Assembly (NCBI GenBank): GCA_900553985.1 | Contig: USFW01000001.1 | Coordinates: forward strand, 11,523 to 75,522 | Source: an uncultured Clostridium sp. | GTDB taxonomy: Bacteria; Bacillota; Clostridia; TANB77; CAG-508 | Length of the DNA stretch: 64,000 bases | Reading direction: 5' to 3' | Shown: in pieces, positions 53,993-64,000 of the stretch | Layout: every line of letters begins with the position of its first letter | Position numbering within the stretch: position 1 is the stretch's first letter | Translations under genes and position numbers: made by a program | The notes under the pieces: model-generated | The model's input: the letters and a program-made list of their open reading frames with translations, nothing else | Told to the model about the DNA's origin: nothing | The model's database searches: none

Positions 53993-55135
53993 TTATTCCA
54001 TATTATTTTTTGGTGATTTCAATTTATTTTTATATTCAATATAATCATTTATAAGTATCTTTAATATAGCTATTACTGGTACTGCTAAGAACATTCCTAA
54101 TATTCCAAAATATGCTCCACCAACTGTTACTGCAAATAAAACTAATAATGGGCTTATTTTTAGAGATTGTCCTACTATCTTTGGATTTATGATGTTCGCA
54201 TCTATTTGTTGTAAAATTACCACTACTATTATCATCCAAATTGCTTGTGATAATCCACCTGTAATTAATGTCACTAATACAGCTATAACTGTTGCTATTA
54301 TTGCTCCTACATATGGTATCATATTGAACATTCCTATGAAAAATCCTAATAATGGTGCATATTTTACTTTCATTATTGTTAATGCTATTGTTACCAATAT
54401 ACCTACTACTATTGCATCTAAAAATTGACTTGCAATAAACTTAAAGAATATTTCATTTGAGTTGTTAAAATATTTATCTATATTCTTATATGTATTTTCC
54501 TTGAATATAGCACCTGTTAATTTTTTCAAAAATGCTATTATTTGTTTTCTCTCTGTTAAAATGTATATTGATACTATTATTGCAATAAATATATCTATTA
54601 CACTAAATACTGCACTTATTGCATTAGTTACATATCCTACTATTTGCTCTACATTAAAATATTGCTTAATATTTATATTTTGCAGACTATGTATTACATC
54701 TTGTACTATTTGACCTTTAAAAAATGAGTCTTCTGGAAGTTTATTATAATTTTCTACTGCACTTGTTATATAACCTTGTAAATTATTTAGAAAATCTGCG
54801 ATACTTCCAAATACTATTGGCATTATACAACTAAATAGTACTATAATTATTGCTAATATTATTAAATATACAGTTATTACACTTAAAGCTCTAGACCTTT
54901 TTCTTATGAATTTAATTTTTACTTTGTTAAACCATTCTTCAAATTTTCTTGCTGGCATATATAATAAATATGCTATAAATATTCCTACTATAAATGGACT
55001 AAGTACATTCATCAATCCTTTTATTCCATTCATTACACTATCATAGTTATCTAGGCCTTTGTAAACTAAAATTAGTGCAATTCCTAGTAAAAACCAGTAT
55101 ATCCATTTTGACCAGTCTTTTTTCGTGTTATTCAT
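53993..55135 (-). CDS. AI-2E family transporter (UPF0118/PerM-like permease)
   Basis: 380 aa with ~8 TM helices. The C-terminal region (GGLSQAIWMIIVVVILQQIDANIINPKIVGQSLKISPLLVLFAVTVGG) is characteristic of the family. Confidence 0.7.
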   Translation of the reverse strand: MNNTKKDWSKWIYWFLLGIALILVYKGLDNYDSVMNGIKGLMNVLSPFIVGIFIAYLLYMPARKFEEWFNKVKIKFIRKRSRALSVITVYLIILAIIIVLFSCIMPIVFGSIADFLNNLQGYITSAVENYNKLPEDSFFKGQIVQDVIHSLQNINIKQYFNVEQIVGYVTNAISAVFSVIDIFIAIIVSIYILTERKQIIAFLKKLTGAIFKENTYKNIDKYFNNSNEIFFKFIASQFLDAIVVGILVTIALTIMKVKYAPLLGFFIGMFNMIPYVGAIIATVIAVLVTLITGGLSQAIWMIIVVVILQQIDANIINPKIVGQSLKISPLLVLFAVTVGGAYFGILGMFLAVPVIAILKILINDYIEYKNKLKSPKNNME

Positions 55136-55146
55136 ACCTTTCCTCC

Positions 55147-55899
55147 TTATTTAATTAATAGACCAACTGGACAGTGATCACTACCATATATTTCTTGATA
55201 AATTTTCGCATCTTCCAATTTATCTTTCATATCTTTCGAAACTATAAAATAGTCTATTCTCCACCCTGCATTATTAGCTCTTGCATTTCTCATATATGAC
55301 CACCAACTATATTCTCCTTCTTTATCCGGATAAAAATATCTATATGTATCGATAAATCCTGCTTCTAATAATTCTGTCATTTTTTCTCTTTCTTCATCTG
55401 TAAATCCTGCATTTCTTCTGTTAGTTTTTGGATTTTTTAAGTCTATTTCCTTATGTGCAACATTTAAATCTCCACACATTATTACTGGTTTTTGTTCATT
55501 TAATCTTAATAAATATTTTCTTATTTCATCTTCCCATGTTTGTCTATAATCCAATCTTTCCAATTCTCTTTTTGAGTTAGGTGTATAATTGTTTACTAAG
55601 AAAAAATCCTCAAATTCTAATGTTATTATTCTTCCTTCTTTGTCATGTTCTTCTATTCCAATTCCATATGTTACATTTAATGGCTGAATTTTAGTAAATA
55701 TTGCTGTTCCAGAATATCCTTTCTTTTCAGCACTGTTCCAATAACTTGTATATCCATCAAAGTTCAATTCAATTTGTCCTTCTTGGCATTTTGTCTCTTG
55801 AATACAAAAAATATCAGCATCAATTTCATTAAAAAATTCTTCAAATCCTTTTGTCATACAAGCTCTAATTCCATTTACATTCCATGATATTAAATTCAT
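55147..55899 (-). CDS. xth: Exodeoxyribonuclease III (AP endonuclease, Xth family)
   Basis: MNLISWNVNGIRA N-terminus, catalytic residues (CIQETK, GDLNVAH, SDHCPV), 250 aa. Confidence 0.9.
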   Translation of the reverse strand: MNLISWNVNGIRACMTKGFEEFFNEIDADIFCIQETKCQEGQIELNFDGYTSYWNSAEKKGYSGTAIFTKIQPLNVTYGIGIEEHDKEGRIITLEFEDFFLVNNYTPNSKRELERLDYRQTWEDEIRKYLLRLNEQKPVIMCGDLNVAHKEIDLKNPKTNRRNAGFTDEEREKMTELLEAGFIDTYRYFYPDKEGEYSWWSYMRNARANNAGWRIDYFIVSKDMKDKLEDAKIYQEIYGSDHCPVGLLIK

Positions 55900-56055
55900 T
55901 TATTCGCCTCCATTTTTTTATTTTAATTCATCTTTCCATTTTTATTATTTTTTCTTTTTATTGATAAATAGAAATATAATTCAAAATTCTAAGCTTTTTT
56001 ATATATAAAAAACTGCCCATTTATCTAGGACAGTTCTATTATATATTATTTTCTC

Positions 56056-56991
56056 TTAGTTTACAACAGAAACTGGTAAATATCTTACTCCCCATTGTAA
56101 TGCTTCTGCATGTGAGCCAACAAATATATCTATTTTATTTCCAGTTATAGCTCCTCCTCTATCTTCAACAGTATAAATATGTCCACCTATATTTAATTTT
56201 GTTCCAAATGCATATTTACCTGAAGCAGCTACTGTTCTTCCTGGTGTAGCTTTTGTCCCAGATGCTGTTCTTCCTGTTGCTTTTCCACAACATTTTGAAC
56301 ATGGACAATATGCTGTTATTTTATATACTGTTCCTGATGAATTTCCTCCTGTTGTACGTGGTAAGCTTGAACCTCTTGATGTTACTGTTTTCTTTTGTAC
56401 TTGAACTATTTTATTTACCGGTTCAGTTATTACCTTTTCTGATATAACTGTTTTTTCAATTTCTACATTATTTTGATATTTAATTTTATATGTTATCTCT
56501 TTTAATCCGTCTTTTCCTTGTTGCACAACTTTATTAGTTGAATCTGCTGTTCCTGCATTATTTGTATTTTTTGTTATTGTCTCATAAGGTATTGCAACTT
56601 GTTCTACAACAATTTTTTCTGTTATTGGCGCATAACTTTCCATTAATTGATTTAATGATGTTTCTATTCCTTGTTCTGATATTTGAGCTATTTGAACTTC
56701 ATTATAAGATTTATCAGTTATTTTTATTGTTTCTCCCGCTTTTAACTCACTATCTAGCTCTGGCATTGTTTTTTGATTTTCATTTAAAACAATATTATTT
56801 TCTTCAAGGATATCTGATACTTTTGTTTTAGATGTTAATGTTGTCATTTCATATCCATTTTGTAAAACTATCTTTACATCTTTTAAATCAGTATTTACTG
56901 CTAATACAGTTATTCCTGATATAAGTATTAAAATTATGCTCACACAGATAATCTTCATTATAGAAATTGAAGCTTTTTCTTCTCTCTTCAT
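56056..56991 (-). CDS. YabE-like cell-wall protein with a TM anchor and DUF348, G5 and C-terminal 3D (MltA-like) domains
   Basis: The start is the ATG at 56991 (MKREEKAS...) with an AAGGAGG RBS; the ORF track extends to 57021. The G5 segment is KVVQQGKDGLKEITYKIKYQNNVEIEK. The 3D domain is YTVEDRGGAITGNKIDIFVGSHAEALQWG. Confidence 0.75.
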   Translation of the reverse strand: MKREEKASISIMKIICVSIILILISGITVLAVNTDLKDVKIVLQNGYEMTTLTSKTKVSDILEENNIVLNENQKTMPELDSELKAGETIKITDKSYNEVQIAQISEQGIETSLNQLMESYAPITEKIVVEQVAIPYETITKNTNNAGTADSTNKVVQQGKDGLKEITYKIKYQNNVEIEKTVISEKVITEPVNKIVQVQKKTVTSRGSSLPRTTGGNSSGTVYKITAYCPCSKCCGKATGRTASGTKATPGRTVAASGKYAFGTKLNIGGHIYTVEDRGGAITGNKIDIFVGSHAEALQWGVRYLPVSVVN

Positions 56992-57416
56992 AAAATTAAT
57001 TACCTCCTTTTGGCAACACATATATTATACTACTTTTTAAGTAATCTGTCAAATTTTGCTATTCTTTCGAGGTTTTCTACTGTCCCTAATGCTTGTACCT
57101 TTGTTGTATTTTTCCATATTTTTCATAAAAATCTTCAAGCACTTTTACTCCAATTATTTCCACATTATATTATATGCAAATAAAATTTTTTTATTACTTT
57201 ATATTACTTTTTTATTACATTTGTATTTCTATATTTAATTTTCCTTTACATTTTTAGAATAGTCCATTAATTAAATTTTATTTATTAAATTTAAACTATT
57301 TATTCTTATACAATATTTTTGTGTCCTTTTTCTGAATTTTTAATATTTTTATTGTATAAACTTTATTAATATGTTATATTTAATTGTATATAATATATTA
57401 TTAAGGAGGAATATTA

Positions 57417-57980
57417 ATGGTTTTCTTGATTATTTTAGCTGTTATCATTGTAATTGCCATAGTTTTAATAGCTTTATATAATGGATTGGTTCAAGCTAGA
57501 CTTAGAGTTGACAATGCTTGGAGTCAAATAGATGTACAATTACAAAGAAGATTTGATTTAATCCCAAACTTTATAGAAACTGTTAAAGGATATATGACAC
57601 ATGAAAAAGAAACTTTTGAAAAAATAACAGAATTAAGATCTGCTTGGTCTGATAATGCATCAGTTGCTGAAAAAGCTTCTTTAGACAACCAGTTATCTAC
57701 AACTTTAAAATCAATTATGGCTATTTCTGAAAGTTACCCTGATTTAAAAGCTAATCAAAACTTCTCTGAATTATCTGAAGAGTTAAGAAATACAGAAAAT
57801 AAAATTTCTTTTTCTAGACAATTTTATAATGATACAGTAACAACTTATAATACTAAATTAGAAGTTTTTCCTTCTAATCTAATTGCTAATATGTTTAACT
57901 TTAAACCTCGTGAATTATTTCAAACAGAAAGTAGTGAAGCTAGAAAAAATGTTAAAGTTGACTTTGGAAAAAATGCATAA
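57417..57980 (+). CDS. lemA: LemA family protein
   Basis: An N-terminal TM followed by the conserved LemA core (NGLVQARLRVDNAWSQIDVQLQRRFDLIPN). An AAGGAGG RBS precedes the start. Confidence 0.85.
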   Translation: MVFLIILAVIIVIAIVLIALYNGLVQARLRVDNAWSQIDVQLQRRFDLIPNFIETVKGYMTHEKETFEKITELRSAWSDNASVAEKASLDNQLSTTLKSIMAISESYPDLKANQNFSELSEELRNTENKISFSRQFYNDTVTTYNTKLEVFPSNLIANMFNFKPRELFQTESSEARKNVKVDFGKNA

Positions 57981-58030
57981 TTTTAAGGAAACACTCTACT
58001 CGTGTTTCCTGTTTTTATTGGAGGTAATAT

Positions 58031-58930
58031 ATGTTTGAAAGTGTTAGAAAAAATAAATTCGAATCTGGTATAATTGTAGCAATATTTATAGTAGTTATTA
58101 CACTTATTGTTTATTATATATGCCATGCATTAAATTTAGGTACGATGTCAATTGTTATTGCATTGATTTTTTCAATTGCTAGTGCCTGGGGGTCTTATTA
58201 TTACAGCGATAAAATTGTTCTTTCTGTAAATAAAGCTAGACCTGCTACAAAAGAAGAAGATTTAAAATTAGTAAATATCTTAGATGCTTTAATGGTTACT
58301 TCTGGTTTACCTGTAAAACCTAGACTTTATGTAGTTGAAGATGCTCAGCCTAATGCATTTGCTACTGGTAGAAATCCACAAAATGCAGTTATTTGTGTAA
58401 CTACTGGATTATTAGAAAAGTTAGACTATTATGAATTAGAAGGTGTTATTGCTCATGAAATGAGCCATATTAAGAATTATGACATTAGACTTAGTTGTAT
58501 AGTTTCTGTAATGGTTGGATTTATTGTTATGATTTCTGATATGTTCTCTAGAGCTTTGTTCTGGGGTGGAATTAGAGATAATGATAGTGATAGTGATAAT
58601 AGAGGGAATGCTATTTTAATGGTTATTGGTTTAGTATTTTTAATTTTATCTCCTATCTTTGGTTCTCTTATGCAACTTGCTTTATCTAGAAAAAGAGAAT
58701 TTTTAGCTGATAGTACAGCTGTTGAATTTACTCGTAATCCTGAAGGATTGATTTCTGCATTAGAGAAATTAGAAAATGACCCTAATGAATTAGAATATGC
58801 TAATAGCGCGACTGCTAATATGTATATTGTAAATCCTTTTAAAAAGAATGGGAAGAAAAAAACTACTAGCATTTGGTCTACTCATCCTAGTACTGCTGAT
58901 AGAATTGAAGCTTTGAGGAATTTGAGGTAA
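58031..58930 (+). CDS. htpX: Membrane zinc metalloprotease HtpX (M48 family)
   Basis: HEXXH (AHEMSHIKNYD), four TM segments, and the typical lemA-htpX pairing. Confidence 0.85.
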   Translation: MFESVRKNKFESGIIVAIFIVVITLIVYYICHALNLGTMSIVIALIFSIASAWGSYYYSDKIVLSVNKARPATKEEDLKLVNILDALMVTSGLPVKPRLYVVEDAQPNAFATGRNPQNAVICVTTGLLEKLDYYELEGVIAHEMSHIKNYDIRLSCIVSVMVGFIVMISDMFSRALFWGGIRDNDSDSDNRGNAILMVIGLVFLILSPIFGSLMQLALSRKREFLADSTAVEFTRNPEGLISALEKLENDPNELEYANSATANMYIVNPFKKNGKKKTTSIWSTHPSTADRIEALRNLR

Positions 58931-58996
58931 AGCAACAATATTTCAACTATTAAAATAAATTTATTTCACCTTTAATTGTTTATTATATTTATAAAA

Positions 58997-59042
58997 TTCA
59001 AACCGCTTTCACTCTATAAGTATGAAAGCGGTTTTATAATTT
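58997..59042. terminator. Bidirectional terminator between convergent htpX and tatD
   Basis: AAACCGCTTTCA ... TGAAAGCGGTTT perfect 12-bp stem followed by a T-run. Confidence 0.6.
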
Positions 59043-59210
59043 TCACCTTTTCAAATTTATGTGTACTAAGCTTAATTTCAAATGCATTCCGTGATATTTG
59101 TCAATATTATTCCGTGATATTTCGATATTTTATTCGGTTATTTTAGCATTATTTTCAAAATTCGAAAAATCTTTAACGAATTTGACATAGTGGCTCTAAA
59201 CTTGATATCG

Positions 59211-59239
59211 ATGGTTTTTGTCTCCGACCCCAAAATCAG
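59211..59239. repeat. Copy 6 of the palindromic element (single unit, ATGgTTTTTGTCTCCGACCCCAAAATCAg)
   Basis: It lies immediately 3' of the tatD stop codon. Confidence 0.7.
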
Positions 59240-59241
59240 CA

Positions 59242-60039
59242 CTATTTTAAATTAAATATCCTTTCTGCATTTTCATATGTCAATTCTGCAACCTCTTCTA
59301 ATGATATTTTTTTAACATCAGCTATTTTCTGTGCGATATATTTAACATTAATTGGATTATTTCTTGTTCCTCTTACTGGCTCTGGTGCTAAATACGGGCT
59401 GTCTGTTTCTATTAGCATTTTATCATTTGGTACCATTTCTATGATTTCACTTGCATTTTTAGAGTTTTTAAATGTTATTGGCCCTGCAAATGAAATATAA
59501 AATCTTAATTTTAATGCTTCTTTCACTAATTCTCTATTCAATGGGCAACAATGAAATATACCATAATTTTCTACATGATTTTCTTTTAATATTTTTATTG
59601 TGTCCATTACTGCTTCTCTTGTATGTATTACTATTGGCAAATTCAATTTATTTGCTATTTTTATTTGTTCTATAAATGCTATTTTTTGAAGTTCTTTCAT
59701 TCTCTCTTCTTTTTCCCAATAATAGTCTAGTCCTATTTCACCTATTGCTAAAACTTTTTTATTTTCTTTTGCCATTTTTTCTATTTTTTCAAGTGTTATC
59801 CACAATTCTTCTTCTGTCTGTGGAATATCATTAGGAGAAATCCCACTTGTTGTGTAAATAAAATCATATTTACTTGCTAATTCTATTCCTTTTTTGGAAC
59901 CTTCTAAACTGTATCCTGCTGATATAAATTTATCTATACCTGATTTTTTTATTTCTTCTATTAATTTCTCTCTATCTTTATTAAATTTTTCATCATCTAG
60001 ATGTGCATGACTGTCAAAAAATTTCATAGTTCTCTCCAT
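59242..60039 (-). CDS. tatD: TatD-family metal-dependent deoxyribonuclease/hydrolase
   Basis: N-terminal FDSHAHLD motif; 265 aa TIM-barrel hydrolase. Confidence 0.85.
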   Translation of the reverse strand: MERTMKFFDSHAHLDDEKFNKDREKLIEEIKKSGIDKFISAGYSLEGSKKGIELASKYDFIYTTSGISPNDIPQTEEELWITLEKIEKMAKENKKVLAIGEIGLDYYWEKEERMKELQKIAFIEQIKIANKLNLPIVIHTREAVMDTIKILKENHVENYGIFHCCPLNRELVKEALKLRFYISFAGPITFKNSKNASEIIEMVPNDKMLIETDSPYLAPEPVRGTRNNPINVKYIAQKIADVKKISLEEVAELTYENAERIFNLK

Positions 60040-60241
60040 TCTATAATTAAAAGTATCTTCATAATATTATAATATACGGCTTTATCAAAACCAATATTAT
60101 TTTTATAATTAACTTTTACTTATCAGTTTATTATGCATGAAAAAATAGTAAACAAACTTACTATTTTTCGCACTTTATATTATACTGCACTATTAACAAT
60201 TGCACATTATTTTGACATCACTACAATAATTGCAATTATAA

Positions 60242-60616
60242 TTATTTCCACAATACTACAACATTAGCAGTTGCATACTCCTTGCAATGTGATAAACTAA
60301 TATCTATTTGTTCAATATTTTTTTGGATATTTCCTTGTAAAGTTATACTTGGTCTTCCTTGGCTATCATTTATTATTTCAATATCTTTCCAACATATTGA
60401 ATATTTATCTTCTAATTTTACTGATATTGCCTTAAATACTGCTTCTTTTGCTGCAAATCTTGCTGCATAGTGTTGATATCTTTGTGCTTTTTTGCTTTCA
60501 CAATATTCTATTTCTTTTTTTGTATATACTCGATTTAGAAATTTATTATTAGTTTCTTCTATACTGTCTTTTATTCTTTCTATTTCAATTATATCTGTAC
60601 CACAACTAATTTTCAT
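60242..60616 (-). CDS. acpS: Holo-[acyl-carrier-protein] synthase (4'-phosphopantetheinyl transferase)
   Basis: GTDIIEIERI and KEAVFKA motifs; 124 aa. Confidence 0.85.
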   Translation of the reverse strand: MKISCGTDIIEIERIKDSIEETNNKFLNRVYTKKEIEYCESKKAQRYQHYAARFAAKEAVFKAISVKLEDKYSICWKDIEIINDSQGRPSITLQGNIQKNIEQIDISLSHCKEYATANVVVLWK

Positions 60617-60644
60617 TTTTGCCTTCCATTCACTTTTATTATTT

Positions 60645-61883
60645 TTATTTTAACAATAGTATAAAATTAATTATATTAATAATTAATGAAACACCTAATA
60701 TAATTGATATTATTATTGTTGATGTTTTATTTTTTTCAATATTTAATTCTTTATATAAAACATCATATTTATTTTTTATATTATAATATATTTTTTCTAG
60801 TTCAAATGCTTCTTTAATTTTTTTATTTAACATAGTTCCAGTTTCATCTTCTGTAACTTCTTGTATCCAGATATTCTTAGTAAAGTTAATAAATTTTTTC
60901 CTTGCTGATTTTAATTTTACATCTTCTTTAAATGCTACATTTAATTTTTGTAAATATATTTTTTTATACAATTCTACTATATATGTATAGAAATATTGAT
61001 TTTCATATTCGTCTGGTAATATAGTGTAATTATTCATGTCTGCTGATGAAGTAAACAATGTAACTCCTTGTTTAGTAATTCCCATTTTTGCATATTTCCA
61101 TTTTGATAGTGATATTATCTCACTTTCTCTTAAATTTGCACTATTATCTGCTGGTAATATTCCTGCAAATTTTATAAAATTATGTTTTATTTTTTCAAAT
61201 TCATTATCTATATTCCAAGCTTCTTGGTCTATACATACATATGAATATGTTAAAAATCTTTCTGTGTCTATATCTAATTTTATAGCTTCTACATTTGAGC
61301 CAGTTATACTTGATATAAAGTCTGTGAATTTGTCTATACTTGCAAAGCTGTCTGTTTGTAAGCTTATTTTATCATAACTATTTAAAGTTCCATTGTCTTG
61401 TTTTATGTCTCTAAATTTATAATTAAAGTTTAAAACATCTTCAAATTTACTTGAATCATCAATATTTGTTTTAATACATAAAAAACATATTCCTGTATTA
61501 AAACATATTACTTCTATTTTTGTGATTTTAAAAAATATTCCTTTTTTCTCTCCTGCTTTTCCATGAATGTCTTTTTTTATATTATATTCAAATATTGTGC
61601 ATGGATATTTGCAAAGCACTGCTGATTGTGTTTCTATTGGTAATTCTTTAAATCTGCTATATTTTGCATTTGTAAAGCTAAAGCTTGAAAATAAAAAATC
61701 TCTCATTTTTGGTGAAAAGTATTTGTATAATTTCAAGTCTTTTTCTTTTTCAAATCTTTTTAACTTGCATTCCTTATCTTTTAACATTTTTAGTATAAAT
61801 TTTTGATATTTGCTATCCTTTACTATGAAAGGATGTATAAAATGTGTATATTGATAGTTCGTCTTTAGTTCCATTTTTATCAC
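60645..61883 (-). CDS. Hypothetical tail-anchored protein (412 aa, single C-terminal TM), co-operonic with acpS
   Basis: No recognisable domain. The C-terminus is KTSTIIISIILGVSLIINIINFILLLK. A 28-bp gap separates it from acpS. Confidence 0.5.
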   Translation of the reverse strand: MIKMELKTNYQYTHFIHPFIVKDSKYQKFILKMLKDKECKLKRFEKEKDLKLYKYFSPKMRDFLFSSFSFTNAKYSRFKELPIETQSAVLCKYPCTIFEYNIKKDIHGKAGEKKGIFFKITKIEVICFNTGICFLCIKTNIDDSSKFEDVLNFNYKFRDIKQDNGTLNSYDKISLQTDSFASIDKFTDFISSITGSNVEAIKLDIDTERFLTYSYVCIDQEAWNIDNEFEKIKHNFIKFAGILPADNSANLRESEIISLSKWKYAKMGITKQGVTLFTSSADMNNYTILPDEYENQYFYTYIVELYKKIYLQKLNVAFKEDVKLKSARKKFINFTKNIWIQEVTEDETGTMLNKKIKEAFELEKIYYNIKNKYDVLYKELNIEKNKTSTIIISIILGVSLIINIINFILLLK

Positions 61884-62042
61884 CTTTTCTTATTTTCTAT
61901 TCATATTGTAACATATGTAATTAAATTATTTCAATAGATAACCAAAAATTCCCTTAGAATACTTAACTAAGTACTCTTGGGAATTTTTATGCAGTAATTA
62001 TCATTTACTTAATCATTATTATCTTTTTTAATAGTTAATACT

Positions 62043-63566
62043 CTACTCACCTTTTTCATAATAGTTCATATTTAAATCTCTTCCTAAATGCCAATTCCCT
62101 ATAAAATCTACTAATAAATAATCATCTAAGTTATATGTTGGTTCTATAATTACTTGACCTTTATTATCTATTGAACCCCATTTTCCATCTTTTTTTACTC
62201 CTACATATCCATATGCATTTTGTTCTGTTGCATCATCATAAATATAATCTACTACTACATTTCCATTTTTATCTACAAAACCATATTTTCCATCTTTTTT
62301 GCTTAGGAATAAAGTATTTTGTGATAATATATCTTTTACATTTTTTTCTTCAAATTTAAAATTATAATATTTATATTCATCATTTTGTCTTAGTTTTATA
62401 TATCCTTTATCTTCATTCAACTCTATTAACATTCCAATTTGTTTTACTTCAAAATTTGTATTCATTATATTACTATTATAGTTTTCATCTTCTGCTATAT
62501 AAATATCTGCTGGTTCACTATATGTTATTGAGTTATATTGGAATGGTATTTTTTCATTTTTATCTATGTCTATAATTCCTGTTTTTCCATTTTTAGTTGC
62601 TATGAAAACTCCTGCTTTTGCTTCTTGAAGTTTGTCATATTCTGGCTCTATTTTTATTTCTCCTGTTAATGTCATTACCCCATATTTTTGATTTTTTATA
62701 AATATTACTCCTTGGTCTTTAGTTTTTAGTATACTTGCTATATTGTCAAATCCTTCTTTTAATATGTCTTGTCCTTCTTTATTTATAACTTTTTTAACTC
62801 CATCTTGTATTACTACATATAAATCATTTCCATAAGTTTTTTCGATTTTTTGATATTTATTTTCTAAAACTTTCTTTTTAGAATAATCTATTATGCCATA
62901 TAGCCCTGCATCATCTTTTACTATATACCCTGATTTATTATCTTTACCTAAATTAGTTATTTCTGTATAAATTGGTTCTAATATTGTATTTCCTTCATCG
63001 TCTACTATTCCATATTTATTTTCTTTTTGCACTAAATATGCGTTTTTTATTCCTTTTACAGCATTTATTGAATCGTATTCTGGTTTTACTAACTCTTTTC
63101 CTTTAAAGTTAATTATTCCCCATTTTCCATCTTGCATAAATTTTAGTACATCTTGTTCATACCATAGATTATAATTTTCATCACTATTTGGTATAGCTTC
63201 TATCTTTTGGTATTCCGTAAAGATTTCTTCATTTTTACTATTTAATGCTTTTGTTTTATATTCTCCTGTTTCATAATTTACATCATATGTGCATAAAAAT
63301 ATATCTGTTTTACTGTCTGGAATTATTATCATTTCTGCATATGAAGGGTCTATTACATTTTTTCCACTACTATCTATTACTCCCCATTTATTGTCTTTAT
63401 ATGATGCGAAATAACTTTGACTTGTTATCTTTCCTTTTTCATCTTGCTTTGTTAGTATTCCTTTTATTACAAATACTGACATTATTATTACTATAATTGC
63501 AACAATTACTGCTATTACTTTTTTTATGTTTAGTTTAGGTTCTTCATATCTTTTTCCTCTACTCAT
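62043..63566 (-). CDS. WG-repeat (KWG motif) protein with an N-terminal TM anchor
   Basis: There are at least six repeats of (K/Y)(W/Y)G(V/I)ID..G..(V/I)..P.Y..I, for example KWGVIDSSGKNVIDPSY, KWGIINFKGKELVKPEY and KYGFVDKNGNVVVDYIY. Confidence 0.8.
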   Translation of the reverse strand: MSRGKRYEEPKLNIKKVIAVIVAIIVIIMSVFVIKGILTKQDEKGKITSQSYFASYKDNKWGVIDSSGKNVIDPSYAEMIIIPDSKTDIFLCTYDVNYETGEYKTKALNSKNEEIFTEYQKIEAIPNSDENYNLWYEQDVLKFMQDGKWGIINFKGKELVKPEYDSINAVKGIKNAYLVQKENKYGIVDDEGNTILEPIYTEITNLGKDNKSGYIVKDDAGLYGIIDYSKKKVLENKYQKIEKTYGNDLYVVIQDGVKKVINKEGQDILKEGFDNIASILKTKDQGVIFIKNQKYGVMTLTGEIKIEPEYDKLQEAKAGVFIATKNGKTGIIDIDKNEKIPFQYNSITYSEPADIYIAEDENYNSNIMNTNFEVKQIGMLIELNEDKGYIKLRQNDEYKYYNFKFEEKNVKDILSQNTLFLSKKDGKYGFVDKNGNVVVDYIYDDATEQNAYGYVGVKKDGKWGSIDNKGQVIIEPTYNLDDYLLVDFIGNWHLGRDLNMNYYEKGE

Positions 63567-63591
63567 TGGAAATTTTCCTCCTAAGTTCTAT

Positions 63592-64000
63592 TTATTTTTC
63601 CATAAATCTACAAACTATTATACTCATATCATCTTTTGCTTTTCCGAAGTTGTTATCTATTGCTTCATTTAATATAATATCTGCTATTTTTTTTGTATTG
63701 TTTGTTTCTATGTCTTCTAGCATATATTTTACCCATAGTTCTTTATTTTTGTATTCCACATTTGCATCTATAATACCATCTGAACACATTAGCATAATTT
63801 CTCCGTTTTGGATATCTCTATCAAATGTTTGAATATTTTTTTCATTTATCATTCCTGTTGGTAATGATGTAGATTTTATTATTTGCACTTTTTTATTATT
63901 TTTTATATATGTTGGACAAGCTCCACTTTTTATAAATTCTATTGTTCCTTTATACAAATCTACTATTGCAATGTCTAAGGTTGCAAACATTTCTTCATTT
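63592..64000 (-). CDS. C-terminal part of a PP2C-type phosphatase domain protein (SpoIIE-like); the 5' end lies beyond the window
   Basis: ...GTIEFIKSGACPTYIKNNKKVQIIKSTSLPTGM...MLMCSDGIIDA...KAKDDMSIIVCRF resembles the C-terminal PPM fold of SpoIIE-family phosphatases. The frame stays open to position 64000. Confidence 0.5.
   Translation of the reverse strand, partial: NEEMFATLDIAIVDLYKGTIEFIKSGACPTYIKNNKKVQIIKSTSLPTGMINEKNIQTFDRDIQNGEIMLMCSDGIIDANVEYKNKELWVKYMLEDIETNNTKKIADIILNEAIDNNFGKAKDDMSIIVCRFMEK

Noticed and set aside
57105-57180. Short minus-strand ORF (VEIIGVKVLEDFYEKYGKIQQRYKH) upstream of the 3D-domain gene
   Set aside because: It is only 25 codons with no RBS. It probably arose by chance in the AT-rich divergent promoter region, although a gene remnant cannot be excluded.
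58477-58872. 131-aa minus-strand ORF inside htpX
   Set aside because: It is fully embedded in the htpX coding region, which has a HEXXH motif and the lemA-htpX context. It has no RBS.

Overview
This is a strongly AT-rich window from a low-GC Firmicute. A Spo0E-family gene and the C-terminal fragment of a SpoIIE-like PP2C phosphatase suggest a spore-forming, Clostridia-like organism. Almost every gene is on the minus strand.

The core content is rpoB-rpoC (45.2-52.7 kb) and the str cluster rpsL-rpsG-fusA-tuf (14.6-19.5 kb), with plsX-acpP downstream of tuf. An unusual ~25 kb block separates rpoC from rpsL. It carries dnaB, rplI, gdpP, tilS, ftsH, rpsU, a tandem M16 peptidase pair, an SNF2/SWIM helicase, trmFO and several surface or hypothetical proteins.

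The most interesting accessory content is a tandem pair of large paralogous cell-surface adhesin genes (3.4-11.0 kb). Each has a candidate N-terminal thioester (TQXA-type) domain, DUF11 (TIGR01451-like) repeats and a non-canonical C-terminal sorting signal (SIETG + hydrophobic segment + KKY). The two genes share a near-identical ~1.35 kb 3' block.

Other notable items:
- A 1422-aa giant surface protein with Listeria-Bacteroides and GBS-Bsp-like repeats and a Cys/His-rich C-terminus, flanked by two small paralogous membrane-anchored proteins.
- A dispersed ~29-bp GC-rich palindromic repeat at six intergenic loci.
- A family of three ~130-nt structured repeat units inserted in the rpsL-rpsG and rpsG-fusA spacers of the str operon.

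No tRNA, rRNA, CRISPR array, integrase or transposase was seen. The many plus-strand ORFs in the six-frame track are Leu/Phe-rich antisense artefacts of K/E/N-rich minus-strand genes.
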